From Eledone cirrhosa (Eukaryota), in assembly GCA_964016885.1 (NCBI GenBank), contig OZ024740.1:193626001-193690000 (forward strand): a DNA stretch of 64,000 nucleotides, written 5' to 3'. The notes beneath the pieces are model-generated. The model was not told the origin of the DNA. It did not search any database and saw only the letters and a list, made by a program, of their open reading frames with translations. The position numbers were made by a program, and so were the translations under genes. This document shows positions 30,020 through 44,628 of this stretch, in pieces (positions within the stretch are counted from its first letter, which is position 1; every line of letters starts with the position of its first letter).

Positions 30020-33000
30020 TAAGCAACAACTCAGTGAACCAGGACATCTTAAATGAACTCAAAGAGATTTCCTCTAAACTCTTAATTTTGACCAACAAAG
30101 TGAACCAAATATACATCTATAAAAAAGGACCCCACGAAGAAACAGAAAATACCGAAGAGACGAATATCACTCCAGCATTAACTAAACTAATCGAAACCAT
30201 TGAAACAGCAATGCTCCAAAAGCTGGAACAACCATTAGAACCCAATCTACGAGATGACCACTCAGTAAAACACACCCCAATCAATATATGGACTCTAAAG
30301 CTCACAGCTCGCAACTTCGCCTTTCGTAATCTTCTAAAAAATAATGGCAATGCACACATATATGAAAAGTGGCTAAACTCTACCCCAATCATCCTTCCCA
30401 AAGAACTCCAAATAAAACCCATTCCAAATGAACCAGAAAACCAACAAAGACTTAGGGAAAAGATGGCGTTAGAAAAATGTTAAATAGAAATAGAACTGTT
30501 GCGATTAAGAGCCAACTACAACGAAGAAAAATTCAAGTCACTCGACCAACAGATGGACACAGAAATCTCAAGGAACTCTGAAGGCCTACTCTATGAAAAG
30601 AACTGTGAGGATGAAGAACTAACATCCCTCCAGCGATGGGAAAAAAACGCCACCTGGTTCAACAGCTACGAAATGGATTTCAAAAATGAACAACATACAG
30701 GTAATCCATTTTTAAAACAAACTAAAACTCACACACCACATGCACAACAAATAATACAAAAAGTAACAAAATGTCCAACAAACCCCCAGCAAAATCATAA
30801 CGATAATCCCAGAACCCATAAACAAAACTATAGCCCTACTAACAAAAACCGAAGATCCTCCAACACAAGACAGGATCCGATCCACGGATCACAACCCACA
30901 CAAAACCTATTCCAAAACCGTAGACCCCTGCCCACACAGAGCCTGTTCCAAAATCGTAGATCCAAACCCACACAAAGGAACAAAATTTACAACGCGGATA
31001 TCAACAAAACGAACCTCAATACGTCCGAAACTTCTATACAAGACCACACAACAACAGAGGAAATGCCATTAGATATAATAATACCATTGAAAAAACATTC
31101 CAGAAAAATCATTTTTTTAGACCAAGGCTACAGGACCCACGACACCCGGTGGGACAAATGATTTTGAAAAACCGAAAATAATCAACGTTTCATATACAAA
31201 CCTCTCAGCCCAACAAGTAAAAATTATCTCCAAAGGACTGTAATTCACACCAACACCACAATACTCTAACCCCAATGAGCTAAATGATGATATATCACAC
31301 TTCTGTAGAAAATTAGGTCTCACAGAGGAGTTATTTGACAAGGAGAATAACGACCAATCAATTGTACGGAATAAAAGCAGCTACAACCCAACAAAAGATA
31401 GAAACAGAGTTCTGGACAAATTTTGTGACCACATAGCTACTTTTCCATACCATGAACCCAATCCAACACGAGTTGAAGGGAATGGGAGATTATCCATGAA
31501 CTAAAAAACAATACGGACAATATAATTAAGGAAGCGGACAAGGGAAGTATGTTGTCATTATGGATGCTGAAAAATATAAAAATTCTATGTTCTCTCTCTT
31601 ACAAAATACTAATTACTATGAAAGAGTAAAAAACTACGAGCAATCAAAAGCAATGACCAGATTAAACACACTGATTTGTCGATACCAGGAAGACTTAACT
31701 AAAAAAGAACGCGATTATTTAATACATTTTGAATACAAAACCAGCAACCTTTACGGATTTCCGAAGATCCACAACTGTAAAATAAGTAACGATGCCTGTA
31801 AAAAATCCACCTCAGCCTGCGTGAACACACAATACCCCACAGATCTTAAATTAAGACAATGTGAAACACACAGACTGAGCAACTTTATAGACATGCTATT
31901 AAAACCAATTCTCAAACACATACCAAGCCTTGTAAAAGACGATCTGAACCTCTTAAACAACCTCCACAAACATGTCAACAACGACACTATTAGTGTGTCT
32001 TTCGATGTAGTGAACCTCTACACAACGATCCCACACCAATACGGACTAGAAGCAATATGATTCTGGCTAGAGAAATATCCCAATGGGATACCTGGCAGAA
32101 TAGAAAAAAGCCGCTCCAACTTATGCCAACATAGTCCTGGCATACTTAGAAGTCCAAATATATGAACAGTTCAAATCAAAATAAGGATTGCACTTCCACA
32201 AATATTTATCAGAGAATTGGAAACGCTACTTGGATGATTGTCTCATTCTTTGGTCCCACCACATCCAATTCACAATGGAATACAGCTAAGATCAACTCCC
32301 ATTTCTGAACATCTTAATCTTAAAAAAAGACACAAATATTGAAACTGACATAAACTACAAACCAACAGATTCCAAACAATTCCTGCTATTCACCTCCAAC
32401 CATCCAAAGCACACGAAGACGAACATTCCTTTTAACCTAGTATGAAGAATTTGCACAATTGTCTCCAATTATGAAACGCGAAATTAAAGACTTCAGGAAT
32501 TAAAGGAAATTCTACTCGAAAGACAGTAGCCACCATTATTAATAAATAATGGAATAGAGAGGGCTAAAGCAAAAGGCATTGATGAATTACGAAAACAGAA
32601 ACAAATTCAAGCTACGTCCAATATTCTATCATATATCTCAACACACAACCCAAGAAATGCGGAAGCTTACAACACTATTCACAAGAACATCTCACTACTG
32701 AAACAAGACCAAAGAATGAAAAAAGCCCTTGAAACACACACAATAATCAAAAGCAAAAGACAACCGAAATCACTGAAAACATTACTCACCAATGCCAAAT
32801 TACCTACCACAAACCCACAACCAACTGTCAAAAAATGTGGTCGCTCTAATTGTGGAACCTGCGCTCACCTCATTGAAGGCAACACGTATACATTTAAATA
32901 AGGACAACGGTTTGCTGTAAAAAATCACTTTACTTGCTCATCAAAAAATCTATTTTATGCCATTAATTTTATGCAATGAAGATTTTATAGGACAAACTAA

Positions 33001-33226
33001 ACTCACACTCAGAAACAGAACGACAGTTCATCGCCAACAATTACGAGAGCAAACCATGAGACAGATACCACTAAGCACACATCTAGACATATGCGCAAGT
33101 GATAAGACACCCAAATTCCAAGTTTTCCCATTTTACCTTTGCGCTGACAATACAAAAGGACAAATACGAATAAATAACGAAAATATGTTTATTCAAAAAT
33201 ATAGACCAGCATTAAATATGGTTTAA
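30020..33226 (+). pseudogene. PLE ORF (N-terminal region, RT, Cys linker, GIY-YIG) broken by stops and frameshifts
   Basis: IIKEADKG, LYGFPKIH, VSFDVVNLYTTIPH, WKRYLDD, QLPFLNILI, KCGRSNCGTC, FIGQTKLTLRNRTTVHRQQ. Confidence 0.9.
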
Positions 33227-34113
33227 TATACATTATGTCAACACCATAACATGCTAACCATCCAAACAGACACATAAACACACACATAACACCTTCAACT
33301 TTAGAAAATAAAAAGCCCAACTAAATAAACCTTAACATACGTTTGCGCTGACAATACAATACAACAAATACGAATAAGTAAGGAAAATATGTTCATTTAA
33401 AAATATTCCTAACGGAATCATTTTCCTACACACACACACGCACACACACATACACACAACTCCCTCCCCCATTTCTACTAATAGAATCACTTTCCTACAC
33501 ACATATACACACACACAAAATATATATATTCTCTCCATCTTAACATGCTCCCAGACACATACACATAACACCCATACACACGCACACACACACAGCTCCC
33601 TCCCCCATTTCTACTAATAGAATCATCTTCCTACACACACACAAACACACACAAGCACACAAATAAACATACATATCTTTACTTTCTTTATTTCAATAGA
33701 AAATCTGAATTCTGACACCCCAGCGAACCAACCATATTCATTGAACCAGAACAATCCTCCCATTCCATTTCTCTTGACCATTATCTTTCGTTTTTCATAA
33801 AATTCTCTAAAAGGCTACAAAATAAATTCCCAAATACGGGCGCGATTTTAATGAACTTGTTCACGTGACAGCGATAATTTCATTTATAACCAATCAAATT
33901 ACATTTATAAAATAAAGCCTTCGTGATCCACTTTTTTTTTAAGTAAAAAGAAATTCAAAGACTCATATGTGAAAAAACAACCTGAGCCCCCCCCCCCCCC
34001 CCCCCCCAACCCCCTTGTTTGAAGAACCTTGTAACGAGAACTGGCGCGAAATTTATTATACTTATTGACCAACCAGATGTGAGAAAAACCACACACCCTC
34101 CATCTCAACTCTA

Positions 34114-34149
34114 CTTTTGAAAAGCAGAAGAACTGCGAAACCGGTAAAG
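34114..34149 (+). ncRNA. Minimal hammerhead ribozyme with U3:A8 core variant in the sense 3' terminus of the PLE
   Basis: ctt-TTGAAAA-GCAG(aagaa)CTGC-GAAA-CCGG-TA-aag; all three stems pair. Confidence 0.65.
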
Positions 34150-34443
34150 GAACCAAATAAATATATATATTCTTTTAAATATAAGACTCCATTTGCATTT
34201 TCGATTTAATCTTTTTTTCTTTATACTTTCACTCGTGTAGGACACCTCGGATATTTTAAATTTTGTAAAAAAAACCTCACTTTCTAATATATATATATAT
34301 ATACATATATATGAATGTATGTATAGTATATTTGGCATTATACCGTATTCTTAATTAAAAACACTTTGAAGACCATACGCTATCAGTTTTAAAGTAGTGA
34401 CTATGTCACTTATTTCTTTTCTTCGGCGAAAGAAGGGAGAGAA

Positions 34444-34486
34444 GCTAACAAACTGTCTGTTTCACGCTGTTGGCGATCATCAGAAC
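34444..34486 (-). ncRNA. Type I hammerhead ribozyme, intact core
   Basis: gtt-CTGATGA-t-CGC(caaca)GCG-t-GAAA-CAGAC a GTTTG-T-T-agc. Confidence 0.7.
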
Positions 34487-34796
34487 AACGTACTCCTCAC
34501 CTTAGCTGAAGATTATAGAAGCTGGATTCTTATAGAATTCTAGTAATAATCAGGAGCTGAATATACAGAGCGATTGCCGGGCCAGCAAAAATTAGGTATT
34601 AGGATTGGTGCTCTGAATTTGCGATGTATACATGAATGTATGTATAGTATATTAGGCAATATACCGGATAATTAATTACAAATATTTTGAAGACCATACA
34701 TTGTCAGTTTTAAAGTAGTTACTATGTCACTTACTTCTTTTCTTCGGCGAAAGAATCCAGCTTCTATAATCTTCGGCGAAAGCGGGGAGTACGGTT

Positions 34797-34840
34797 ACTC
34801 TGATGATCATCAACAGCGTGAAACAGACAGTTTGTTAAGT
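34797..34840 (+). ncRNA. Hammerhead ribozyme, inverted copy (stem II eroded)
   Basis: act-CTGATGA-tcatcaacagcgt-GAAACAGACAGTTTGTT-aag. Confidence 0.55.
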
Positions 34841-35001
34841 TCTCTCCCTTCTTTCGCCGAAGAAAAGAAGTAAGTGACATAGTCACTACTTTACAACTGA
34901 CAGGGTATGGTCTTCAAAATGTTTTTAATTAAGCATACGTTATATTGCCAAATATACTATACATACATTCATGTATATATCGCTATTTCAGAGCACCAAT
35001 C

Positions 35002-35121
<120 letters not shown>

Positions 35122-35136
35122 CTAGGGTATCATTAA

Positions 35137-35606
35137 GAATGTTTTAAGCTGTGTTCAAGTCATAGGTATCTCAGTAGCCATTAAAAAGGCAAGATATCTG
35201 TTTCTGATGTTTTATTTTTCATCAGAGTAATTTCCACATTCGATACAGAGATGGCAATAAGCTGAAGCCTATATTTTTACTCCTTAAACATTGTCTGGAA
35301 ATGTTCATTTGCATATAGTGCGAACTAGACTGTAAATGGGTTAGTAGCCGTAACAGTAACATAGCCTAGTTCACATTAAATGTGTATATGAAAGTATATA
35401 TGCAATTTTTAAGTATAAACTTGCGAGAGTCTGGCTATGCATATTTTAAGCTGTGGTTATGCCACAGCTATCTCAGTAGCTGATCGGAATATCACAGTAG
35501 TTTCTGACTTTGTATCCTTCTCGGTGATAACTTTTCACTCGATAGTGTAACGAGAATTTACTAAAGCCTAAGTTATTTCTCTTTTAAATTACAGCTTAAA
35601 ACATTC
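35137..35606. mobile_element. Putative MITE or dimer of diverged units with 16-bp TIRs
   Basis: gaatgttttaagctgt (35137-35152) pairs with acagcttaaaacattc (35591-35606). Internal diverged direct repeat at ~35141-35310 versus ~35444-35606. Confidence 0.5.
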
Positions 35607-35799
35607 ACAAGGAGACTATTGCACAAGTATTATACATAAAAATATCGTATATGCTTTAATGTAGAATCCTATTATTTTCCTTTATTGTACCGATTTAAAT
35701 TACTTCGTCAATGATTGAAGATTTATGAAATGGATTTTTATGCAGGATAGAATAAAATGAAGGATTCTATTGTGGAAAGGACTCTATTGTTGAGTGGAT

Positions 35800-36560
35800 T
35801 CTATTGTGGAAAGGATTCTATTGTGAAAGTTCTGCAAGCGTATCGGATTACCTTGATGTCTCGATACGAATGCCCTAGTATTTGTGTTCGGATAAATGGT
35901 GCTGAGTCAAAAGCCTCCTTTCCGGGTATCGAGCAATGCGAAGGGTATGTATTGTGACCTCTATAGTTCATAACCTTCATGGATAGGATTAATATGCGCA
36001 GCCTTGTTGGAGGTGGTATTAAGACTGGCGCATGTAATATCAGTCAGCTGGAGTTTGTGAACAACATGGAATTACTTAACTCCTCAGAAGATGATCTCAC
36101 ATGTTCACTTAATAGGTTTGTGGCCAAGAGCTGAATGAGAATCAGTGCTACGAAGACTGATCCATTCGTCCTCTCAAGGAAACCAGCACAGTGCAGTGCA
36201 CTCTACAAATCAGGACAATTCCACTGAAGCAAGTGGAGATGTTAAATTATTTCGGGGTCATGTTCACGAGTGATGGAAGGCAGAAGGCTGAATTAAGTGA
36301 AAGAGTTGTAGAGCCTGGTGCAGCATTCGGTCATCATAAGAATCGAGGGTAAGTATGAAACACAAACTCGCTTCCCTCAATTCGGTATGCGTGCCAGTCC
36401 TTACCTATAGTCATGAAACTTGTTTAATATCCAAAATAATGCGACCCTGAATACAAGCGCCCGAAATGGAGTTACTTCGAAGGGGGTTTGGCGTAATATT
36501 ACTGGCTGCGTGGCTCGGAGATAATATGTTGCTGTAGTTAGATGGATTTTACTGGCAACA
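35800..36560 (+). pseudogene. Decayed RTE-clade LINE RT remnant
   Basis: CVRINGAES..FITFMDRI..MRISATKT..VLSRKPAQC..PLKQVE..YFGVMFTSDGRQ. Confidence 0.75.
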
Positions 36561-38111
36561 CCCACCGGCAGGAGAGCCACATGTGTTCCAAACGCATTGC
36601 CCACTACTGCTCCGAGACGTTTCCTGTGTCATGCACGTGAAGGCAAAGTTACATTGCTACTCTAATGTGGGAGCGTTCTTCCAAAAAAGCATACATGAAT
36701 AGAACCAGGCAGTGCGGTTTTAAACTAGAGAAAACTTTATTCTGGTGTATGTGGAGCGCAGTTACATTGGAAATCTGCATATTGGATGACAGTGAGACCA
36801 TGTAGAATTAATATAATTGTTCGTAATATTTTGTAACAATTTGAAAACAAGTTGAAGAGGCGAAGTAAACGCGCATAAAAATATGGTCCCCGTGAATGAC
36901 CTGAGTTGTTCAATGATCACAGAACAACCATTTATTGTGCAGTATTTATTCCGCTGCCAATAATTATTTGTAACATATTTCCTTTTATAGCTAATGGATT
37001 GAAACATCAAATATTACATTGTCTTTTTCTTTGACAAAACAATATGTGTCTACTACAGCAGGAATCTTTGTACATTACGATATCGTATGAACTCGACTTA
37101 TATTGCATCGAATATATTTTATTGTACGGTGAGTAATTTCATGAAAACATATCTGTGAAAGAGACAGTCGTTGTTATTGGAAAATGTATAGCCGAATTAT
37201 GGGTATTGCAGCTGCTCTGTCATTTTCTCTGTTAAATCGTTTCAATCATAATGTCTGATCGGGCGATGAACTTCCTTTTGGCATTCACTCGAATACTCAT
37301 AAAATCAAGTGTGTCGAAATTTACTTTCAGCTTGCTGAATATATTATACCGACAATAACAGTTCCCTAATCTGGTGGCATTGAGCTTATGATAGAGAGCA
37401 ATAATATCTGATAACCTCAGGTTTAAAGCTTAGAAGTTATTTACGAACAAATATAAATCTCTTTTTCGTTTAGAACTGTTTACATATATTTTTCTCAAAT
37501 TATTTTCAGTATGACCCAACAATTCTAAATACTTAATCTTTTGGTTATGTCTGTGAAACAATCTGGAGGAAAAGAATTGCAATATGATATATGCTGCAGT
37601 GGAAATACCGTATCAGATTTTAATCTCTTTCCCGAACCCAGAAATGACGTAGCAATTAAATACCATTTAACCATCCAATTCATTGATTATGTTGTTTTCT
37701 TTGAAACATGTAAAGCATTATAATAATAGTATGCATCCGCTTTGTTCTGCGTGAATAGTTGAAGAGCTTGTAAAACAACAACTTAAATGAATTTCTACCG
37801 CTAATTGAACAACGTAATGAACCGTTAACATCTAAAATCGAATTATTTTTGCATTTCATTATATATTTTATTTATTGTAGTATGTATTTATTTTTATATT
37901 GCGCTCGTGTTGCATTAATATTTGAACAGATTAGCATGAAACTATAGATATAATTATTTTGTCTTTTAATCGCTTTAAATTGATATCATATAGAAGATAA
38001 ATTCAGCAACTATAATCGATATGGTTTTGTTTCAAACTTGCTACAACAGATAGTTTTACGTGCATGACTGCACAAAAACACATTAGATAGATATAATATA
38101 ATATAATAGTG

Positions 38112-38184
<73 letters not shown>

Positions 38185-38573
38185 AAACGTAGTCATAAAT
38201 GATTGTTTCCCATGTTTACTATATTAAAGTTTTAATACGATGTATTGATCACAACGGTTAATCTAGTGAAAAATAAAGTAGAATATATGCCATTTTTTGA
38301 CTTACATTTAGATTCTTTGCATGGGAATATCTTTATCATAACCAGTCAAAAATCAGACAAATACAATACACTTGTAAAGAAAAACAATACAATAAAGAAC
38401 ATTCAAAGGATATGTTTTATTAATTTCTAAAAATATACAAATGTTCATGGACCCACATACACCAAATACTCCCAAATTGTGTGTATATGTGTATTTGTGT
38501 GGGTAGCATTATAACCTTTGTAAATAATTGAATATAGATTACTTAATGTAATTTATATGACAGGTATTATTAT

Positions 38574-38648
<75 letters not shown>

Positions 38649-38703
38649 ATGCTATGACAAAATTATAACCATCAGCATAGTCAAGGAATGTCAGACATCA
38701 TCT

Positions 38704-38769
38704 TATTTTATCTGATGAGGACGTACTGTTGAAATAGCTCAGTATCTCTGAAATATGTATAATAAAATA
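38704..38769 (+). ncRNA. Type I hammerhead ribozyme, intact core, on a ~170-bp island between microsatellite tracts
   Basis: tattttat-CTGATGA-ggacgtactg(..)cagtatctct-GAAA-TATGTA-TA-ataaaata; perfect 8-bp stem I. Confidence 0.8.
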
Positions 38770-38871
38770 TAGTTGATCACATGACTGTCTATATTTATTA
38801 ATATTTTCAAGTAATATATATATATATATATTTGTTTTATATGTATATATATGTATGACAGGTATTATAAT

Positions 38872-38940
<69 letters not shown>

Positions 38941-41900
38941 AATAATTCAAGAAAGAAGAGTGACATCGTTCACTATACAATAAGGGCTTTATTCACATTG
39001 CTGACAATTGTTTCTTTGATCTGGTAGGTCTAGAGTTCGCTACCCACCTGATTTTGCGTCAATCGAACTCCAATACTTTGTTTATAACCAGTCGTTTTCA
39101 TAAGAGCACGCGAAAGGAAGAAGATACACAAGGCATGGCTTTTATATAGGAGTGATATTAAACTAGAACAATAATATCAATAATAAAATAAAATAACTAG
39201 ATAACAAATAGTTAAAATAATAACATCAATATAAGTAAGAAATAGAGTATAATGATGTATCTAGCATGTTAAACAAAGTGATATGATACAGATATATGAA
39301 ATTAACATGTGAAAACTGTTATAGGGTACATTAGATATAGTGTTAAGGTGGCGACTAGATAACAGTAACAACTAAAATGTACTTGGAGACAGGATTTATG
39401 AGGTATCTACTATGCTGTAGGTATGCTTATTGTTTGACAGATAAACATTTTCGTTTTATTAATTTAGTGAGGATGATGGTTTTTATGTGGTTTTAAGTGG
39501 AGTTGTAGATTCGTTATTTAAGTGGCCTATACTAAAGGTAGGGATTGTTAGTTCGAATCATGGGGGTTTAGTTTTCACAGCATCAATAACAAATCGTGTA
39601 TAAAAAAGACAGTAATAACAACAATAATAGAAACAATAAAGGTAATAAAATAGTAAAATATGCATGGTAGATATAGAGAACATGATGAATAATATTAGGG
39701 ATACATTGAGATGTTCATAATAATAATAAGAATAATAAGAGGAAAGTAAGATTTCAAGGAGTGTAGGAGTAATAAGATAATGTACTTAGAATTAAGTTCA
39801 TCTGTTAGAGATCATGAGTGCTAATGAGAGATATAATTGTTTGGTCCGAAGGAGTGAACAACAGCAAAGATGGGATTGATTTATGGGCTGATAAGATAGT
39901 TGTAAACATTACTGCCACATCCCAGTGGTATAGAATTAGGGAGGCTAGAAGGTGTTTATAGAAGATTATGGTTCTGTAGTGGGCTGTGTGAGAATGCGGA
40001 TTTCATATGTTAAAAGCTAAGTGATGTTTGTTCGAATCACGGTGGTTTAAATCTCGTGAATTTTGTAGCAATCCTAAGTCTGCAGAAAATTGACCTTTCT
40101 ATTTTGCAGGTGAGTAGCATATTATCGTTCCTTAAGATATGCAGCAATGCAAGGTTGCAGAGTCCGCAGTGGGACACACCGCTGTTATATGCCCTTGCGG
40201 CCACCAATTTCGACCAGCTAATATGGTAATCAAGGTTTTTGTCCTTAAGTTGACAGATTTTATTGGCGAGGGTTGTAGAACTTACCAGTGCACGGTTCTT
40301 CACTGAATGTCTGTGCACGTACCATCTTTTTTTTAAACACCCGCGGTGGATCCAATGTAGTGCCAAGTGGAGTTGCCCGAGTTTACAGTACACATGTAGA
40401 CTAGGCTAGTATCAAGGCAGCTATTCGCTAATGGGCACTTATCCGGTAGGTGACAGTTGCAGTTCGGGGTATTTCTCTGTGCAGCTTCCACATTGCGGTT
40501 TTGCAAACTGTTATATGTGGGTTGGGATTCATGCATATTGACGTTTTGCTGCGGTTCGTTCATGTGCGTTTGTGGTTGTGATACGGTGATGTGTTTTTTT
40601 TGTATTTGGTGCTATGTTGCGTATAGGTGGGATATCTTTCCTAGAGGTTTTCTGGTGGTTGATCTTGCGTATGTGCGATTCAACGTTGGCAGCAGTAGAG
40701 TATGAGAGTTTTATAGTTTTTCTATTGAAGATTTTATGATATCTATGTGATATAGGGAAGTGTTTATCTATTAGTTTAAAAAACGAGTTCTTATAGAGGA
40801 GTTGAAGATTAGATTAAACCATGGGTATTTTCTTTCTCTAGTTCTTCTATAGTTTCTGGGGTTTACATTATTCGTGTTCGGTCCTCTTACTCTAGGTGCT
40901 ACTTGCCTAGTTCTATGTCTAGTCCGGCTACCTTTATTTTTGTATGAGCGGTTGGTGTCGGTGTTAATGGGTTTTTTTGTGTTGTCCTTAACCGTTATAA
41001 ACTGCAGCTTTTCTTTGTAATGCTGCGTTATAATAGTTAACATGTTCTTTAAACATTTACTGGTTTGAGGATAAGCGGGATATTCTAAGGGATATACTTC
41101 GTGTTATGGATTTAATTATGGATCGGGTTTTTTTTTAAAGTTATAACTAATGTAGGCTAGATTCTCATTATTTTTGTGGAAGGGTTCTATTAATCCCGTG
41201 CTTAGGTTTAGAGTTACGTCTAGAAAGTGTGCCTTTTTAGAATTCAGTTCAAAGGTTTAGTTTATTGAAGAATGTTCTAATGTGTTTTCTTAATCTTTCC
41301 ATGCTCTGGTTATTTAAGTTCCTAGCTATAAGGAGCGTGTCATCTCAATAAATCCCTTCTTGGAGGTTATTAAATTCTTCATGTAGGTTGTGTGCTCTAA
41401 ATATCCCCACAACATCTGTTATTTGCGCTGAATCGTTCGATCCCATTGCTATATCGAAGCTGTTCTTCCTATTTTTTGTTTCCCAGTAGCTATTTTCAAA
41501 TTTTATGATAGTCCTTCTAGCTGCTAGTATTATTTTAATTTTGTGTGTGGTAAGGTCCGAGTTATTTTGGGCAAATATTAGCGCTTTATCTAGGGTGACT
41601 GGGGATATGGATGCGTAGTAATCATTTATGTCAAATTGTATGAAGTTGCATTCTTCTCTATTTCTTATTCTATTGAACCATTCAATTGCTTCATTAGTGT
41701 TACTCCATAAATTGATTTCTAGTGTTCCCTTAATTTGTGCGATACCCTATCAAGAATATTCTTGTTAATTTTACGTACATCCGAATTGGATGGGTATTAA
41801 TCAAATAGTAGGGTTTGTTTCAAAATTATTTGTGTGATCATTAAGGTTGAATGTGGGGTTGCACGGGGTTACAGGTTCGGTTCTGTCGGATATTTCGAGT

Positions 41901-42529
41901 TTTTTTTACTATTCTAAGACCTTCCTTATTAATGCTAGTGAGTGTAGATTCATTTGTTTTTTTGTATTTTTTGTGTAGTTCACGTCGAATGAAATTATTG
42001 TATGTATTAAGATCCATAGTATATACGTTTGATGTTTTGTCTGCTTTTACTATGATACCGGTGGTGTTTCTTAGTTTTTTTTGTAGTGTATTGATGTCAT
42101 TTTGTAAATTGTTATGATGTGTTCGTTTTTTTAATTTAGTTCCACTTATCATATTCATAAGGTCCAGTTCGAAGGCATCGAGTGTGGAGTTATTTGGAGG
42201 GTTTTTGCAGGATTTTAATCCGTAATTATCTTTAGAATATCTATAGATATTTTAACTATTTGCTATCTAGTTATTTTATTTTATTATTGATATTATTGTT
42301 CTGGTTTAATATCACTCCTATATAAAAGCCATGCCTTGTGTATCTTCTTCATTTCGCGTGCTCTTATGAAAACGACTGGTTATAAACAAAGTATTGGAGT
42401 TCTATTGACGCAAAATCAGGCGGGTAGCGAACTATAGACCTACCAGATCAAAGAAACAATTGTCAGCAATGTGAATACAGCCCGTATTGTATAGCCAACC
42501 ATGTCACTCTTCTTTCTTGAATTATTATT
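38941..42529 (-). mobile_element. Decayed Penelope-like element of a different lineage, with ~275-bp inverted termini
   Basis: 38941-39215 is the reverse complement of ~42255-42529. - strand reads IVKADKTSNVYTMD, IQFDINDYYASI, DIAMGSNDSAQITDVVG, HFLDVTLNL, CNCHLPDKCPLANSCLDTSLVYMC..YIGST, CGLC. Confidence 0.9.
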
Positions 42530-42692
42530 ACTCCAAGTATAAACTACATAGAAATAACCGCTTACTCGCAGCATCACTATGGAAACGTCTTGTTGAGTCA
42601 AACTAAGCCACACGTTAATACTATCCACTAAACGGAGTACTCTAACTGGACTACATCTAAGTGGACTGCCTATAACGATTACCTGTTATCCC

Positions 42693-42732
<40 letters not shown>

Positions 42733-42789
42733 GTATAGATATAATACCTCTCATGTATATGTATATACATATATGAGAGGTATTATGAT

Positions 42790-42889
<100 letters not shown>

Positions 42890-43204
42890 AATCTACCAAA
42901 ATATACTGTAGTGTCCAATCCGTATGAAGAACTCAATGTAATCCAAATATCATGAACAGAGAATATGTATTCAACATTTCTTTCGATGAAAATCACAGGA
43001 AAACAGAGTCAAGATTAATTAATAAAAACAATGTATAAAAACAAAGAAACAGATCCTTATATTAAAAAATTCATCATTTTACGATCGTTTCTAGGATATA
43101 TATGTTTGTTGGTATGTATATCATAAAGATCTATGTAAAAAGTTTACAAACTATCAGGGGAAATATACATACCTACACATATATATGCTGTCTTCGGAAA
43201 TAAT

Positions 43205-43389
43205 TATTTCTACTTTAGGCACAAGGCCAGCAATTACCCAGTGCATTACTGGTACTTTATTTTATCGACCCCGTAAGGATGAAAGTCAAAGTCAACCTCA
43301 GCGGGATTTGAACTCAGATCGTAAAGGGACGTAACTATGATGGAAAGCATGGCGTCCTACCCTCTACCGATACTGCCAATCCACCGCCA
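43205..43389 (-). mobile_element. tRNA-derived SINE, same family as 18.9 and 20.4 kb
   Basis: A and B boxes on the - strand; perfect 16-bp TSD tgtcttcggaaataat. Confidence 0.92.
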
Positions 43390-44334
43390 TGTCTTCGGAA
43401 ATAATGATAATTATTTATTGAAAAAAAAAACAAAGATTTATGTATAAAAGATCTGTTTGGGAACAGGTTTTGAATTCACCAATACAAAAGTAGGAAGTCG
43501 TCAAGTTGATAGAATAGTAGTATTAGAAATTTAATTTTGGGGTAGAGGAATGCTGACTTAAGTTTTGAATGGAAAGACTACTTTGAATGAAAGGATTACT
43601 TTGGGGATGAAAAGAGGTCAAGCTGGTGAAATGTACACGAACATTTGATGTTATTAATGAATAATGCTAATGTTAAAATCGAAGGAGAATAAAATGTTTG
43701 GGTAAATGTGTTAGTGAGAAATATCAGTCTTATTTAAAATACAAGGAATTTAGATCTATAACAAGAAATTAAATTAATTTAATTGATAGGTATACTTATA
43801 GAGCTAAATTTACATTTATTCATATAGATGTGATAAATAAGGGTTAGATGTTATTAAAGAATGTTGTTAAAAACGAAGGAAAAAAATCGTTGGGATAAAT
43901 GAATTAGTGAGTAATAACAAACTTATGTAGACTACAAAGAATTTAGATTCATAACAGGAAATTAAAATAGTTTATATGCATACTTATAGGTATTACTTTT
44001 AGGAAAAGAGAGCTGTAAAAGGGAAATAAAATTATGAAGTTCTCAGTAGTAAAATACTAATTATAGGTTAACTAAATTAAAAAAACTAATTATAATAATT
44101 TGTAAAGTATAAGTGTAAGCTGAGTACATGTACATATGTATACATGTGTGTATTTATATGCATACTAATACTTCAGTATACATATGTAGATGTACACTTT
44201 AACTTAATTGTTTAAGCGTCAGTCATACAAAAGTGAGTTAGAAGCGAAACGAAATTTAATTTCGTTTCGTTATTTGTTTTTATATATATATATATATATA
44301 TGTATATATTTATATATATATATATATATATATG

Positions 44335-44411
<77 letters not shown>

Positions 44412-44414
<3 letters not shown>

Positions 44415-44592
44415 TATTGAAGTTTCCATTGAAAATTGATAAAGTCATAGGAGTGAAGAGTGCTCTATGTAAGTACCAGAGCAAAATTTAATGTATTATA
44501 AAAATACTATATAATTACCTCATTACCAGAGGTTTCCCGCATAAGACGAATACGAAAAAAAACGTTCTCATTCGTTCGTCGGACAAGGTAAT
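44412..44592 (-). mobile_element. Third copy of the terminus seen at 171-305 and 1719-1878
   Basis: Reverse complement of 1719-1878, embedded in (AT)n. Confidence 0.85.
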
Positions 44593-44628
44593 ATATATAT
44601 ATATATACAAACAAAATAAAATAAAAAG

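Larger units (their letters stand above)
28608..34220 (+). mobile_element. Near full-length, decayed Neptune-like Penelope element with ~1-kb inverted termini
   Basis: 28608-30018 (with an internal ~300-bp duplication) is the reverse complement of ~33240-34220. Internal RT and GIY-YIG remnants; (AT)n tract on the left, another ~70 bp beyond the right end. Confidence 0.92.
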
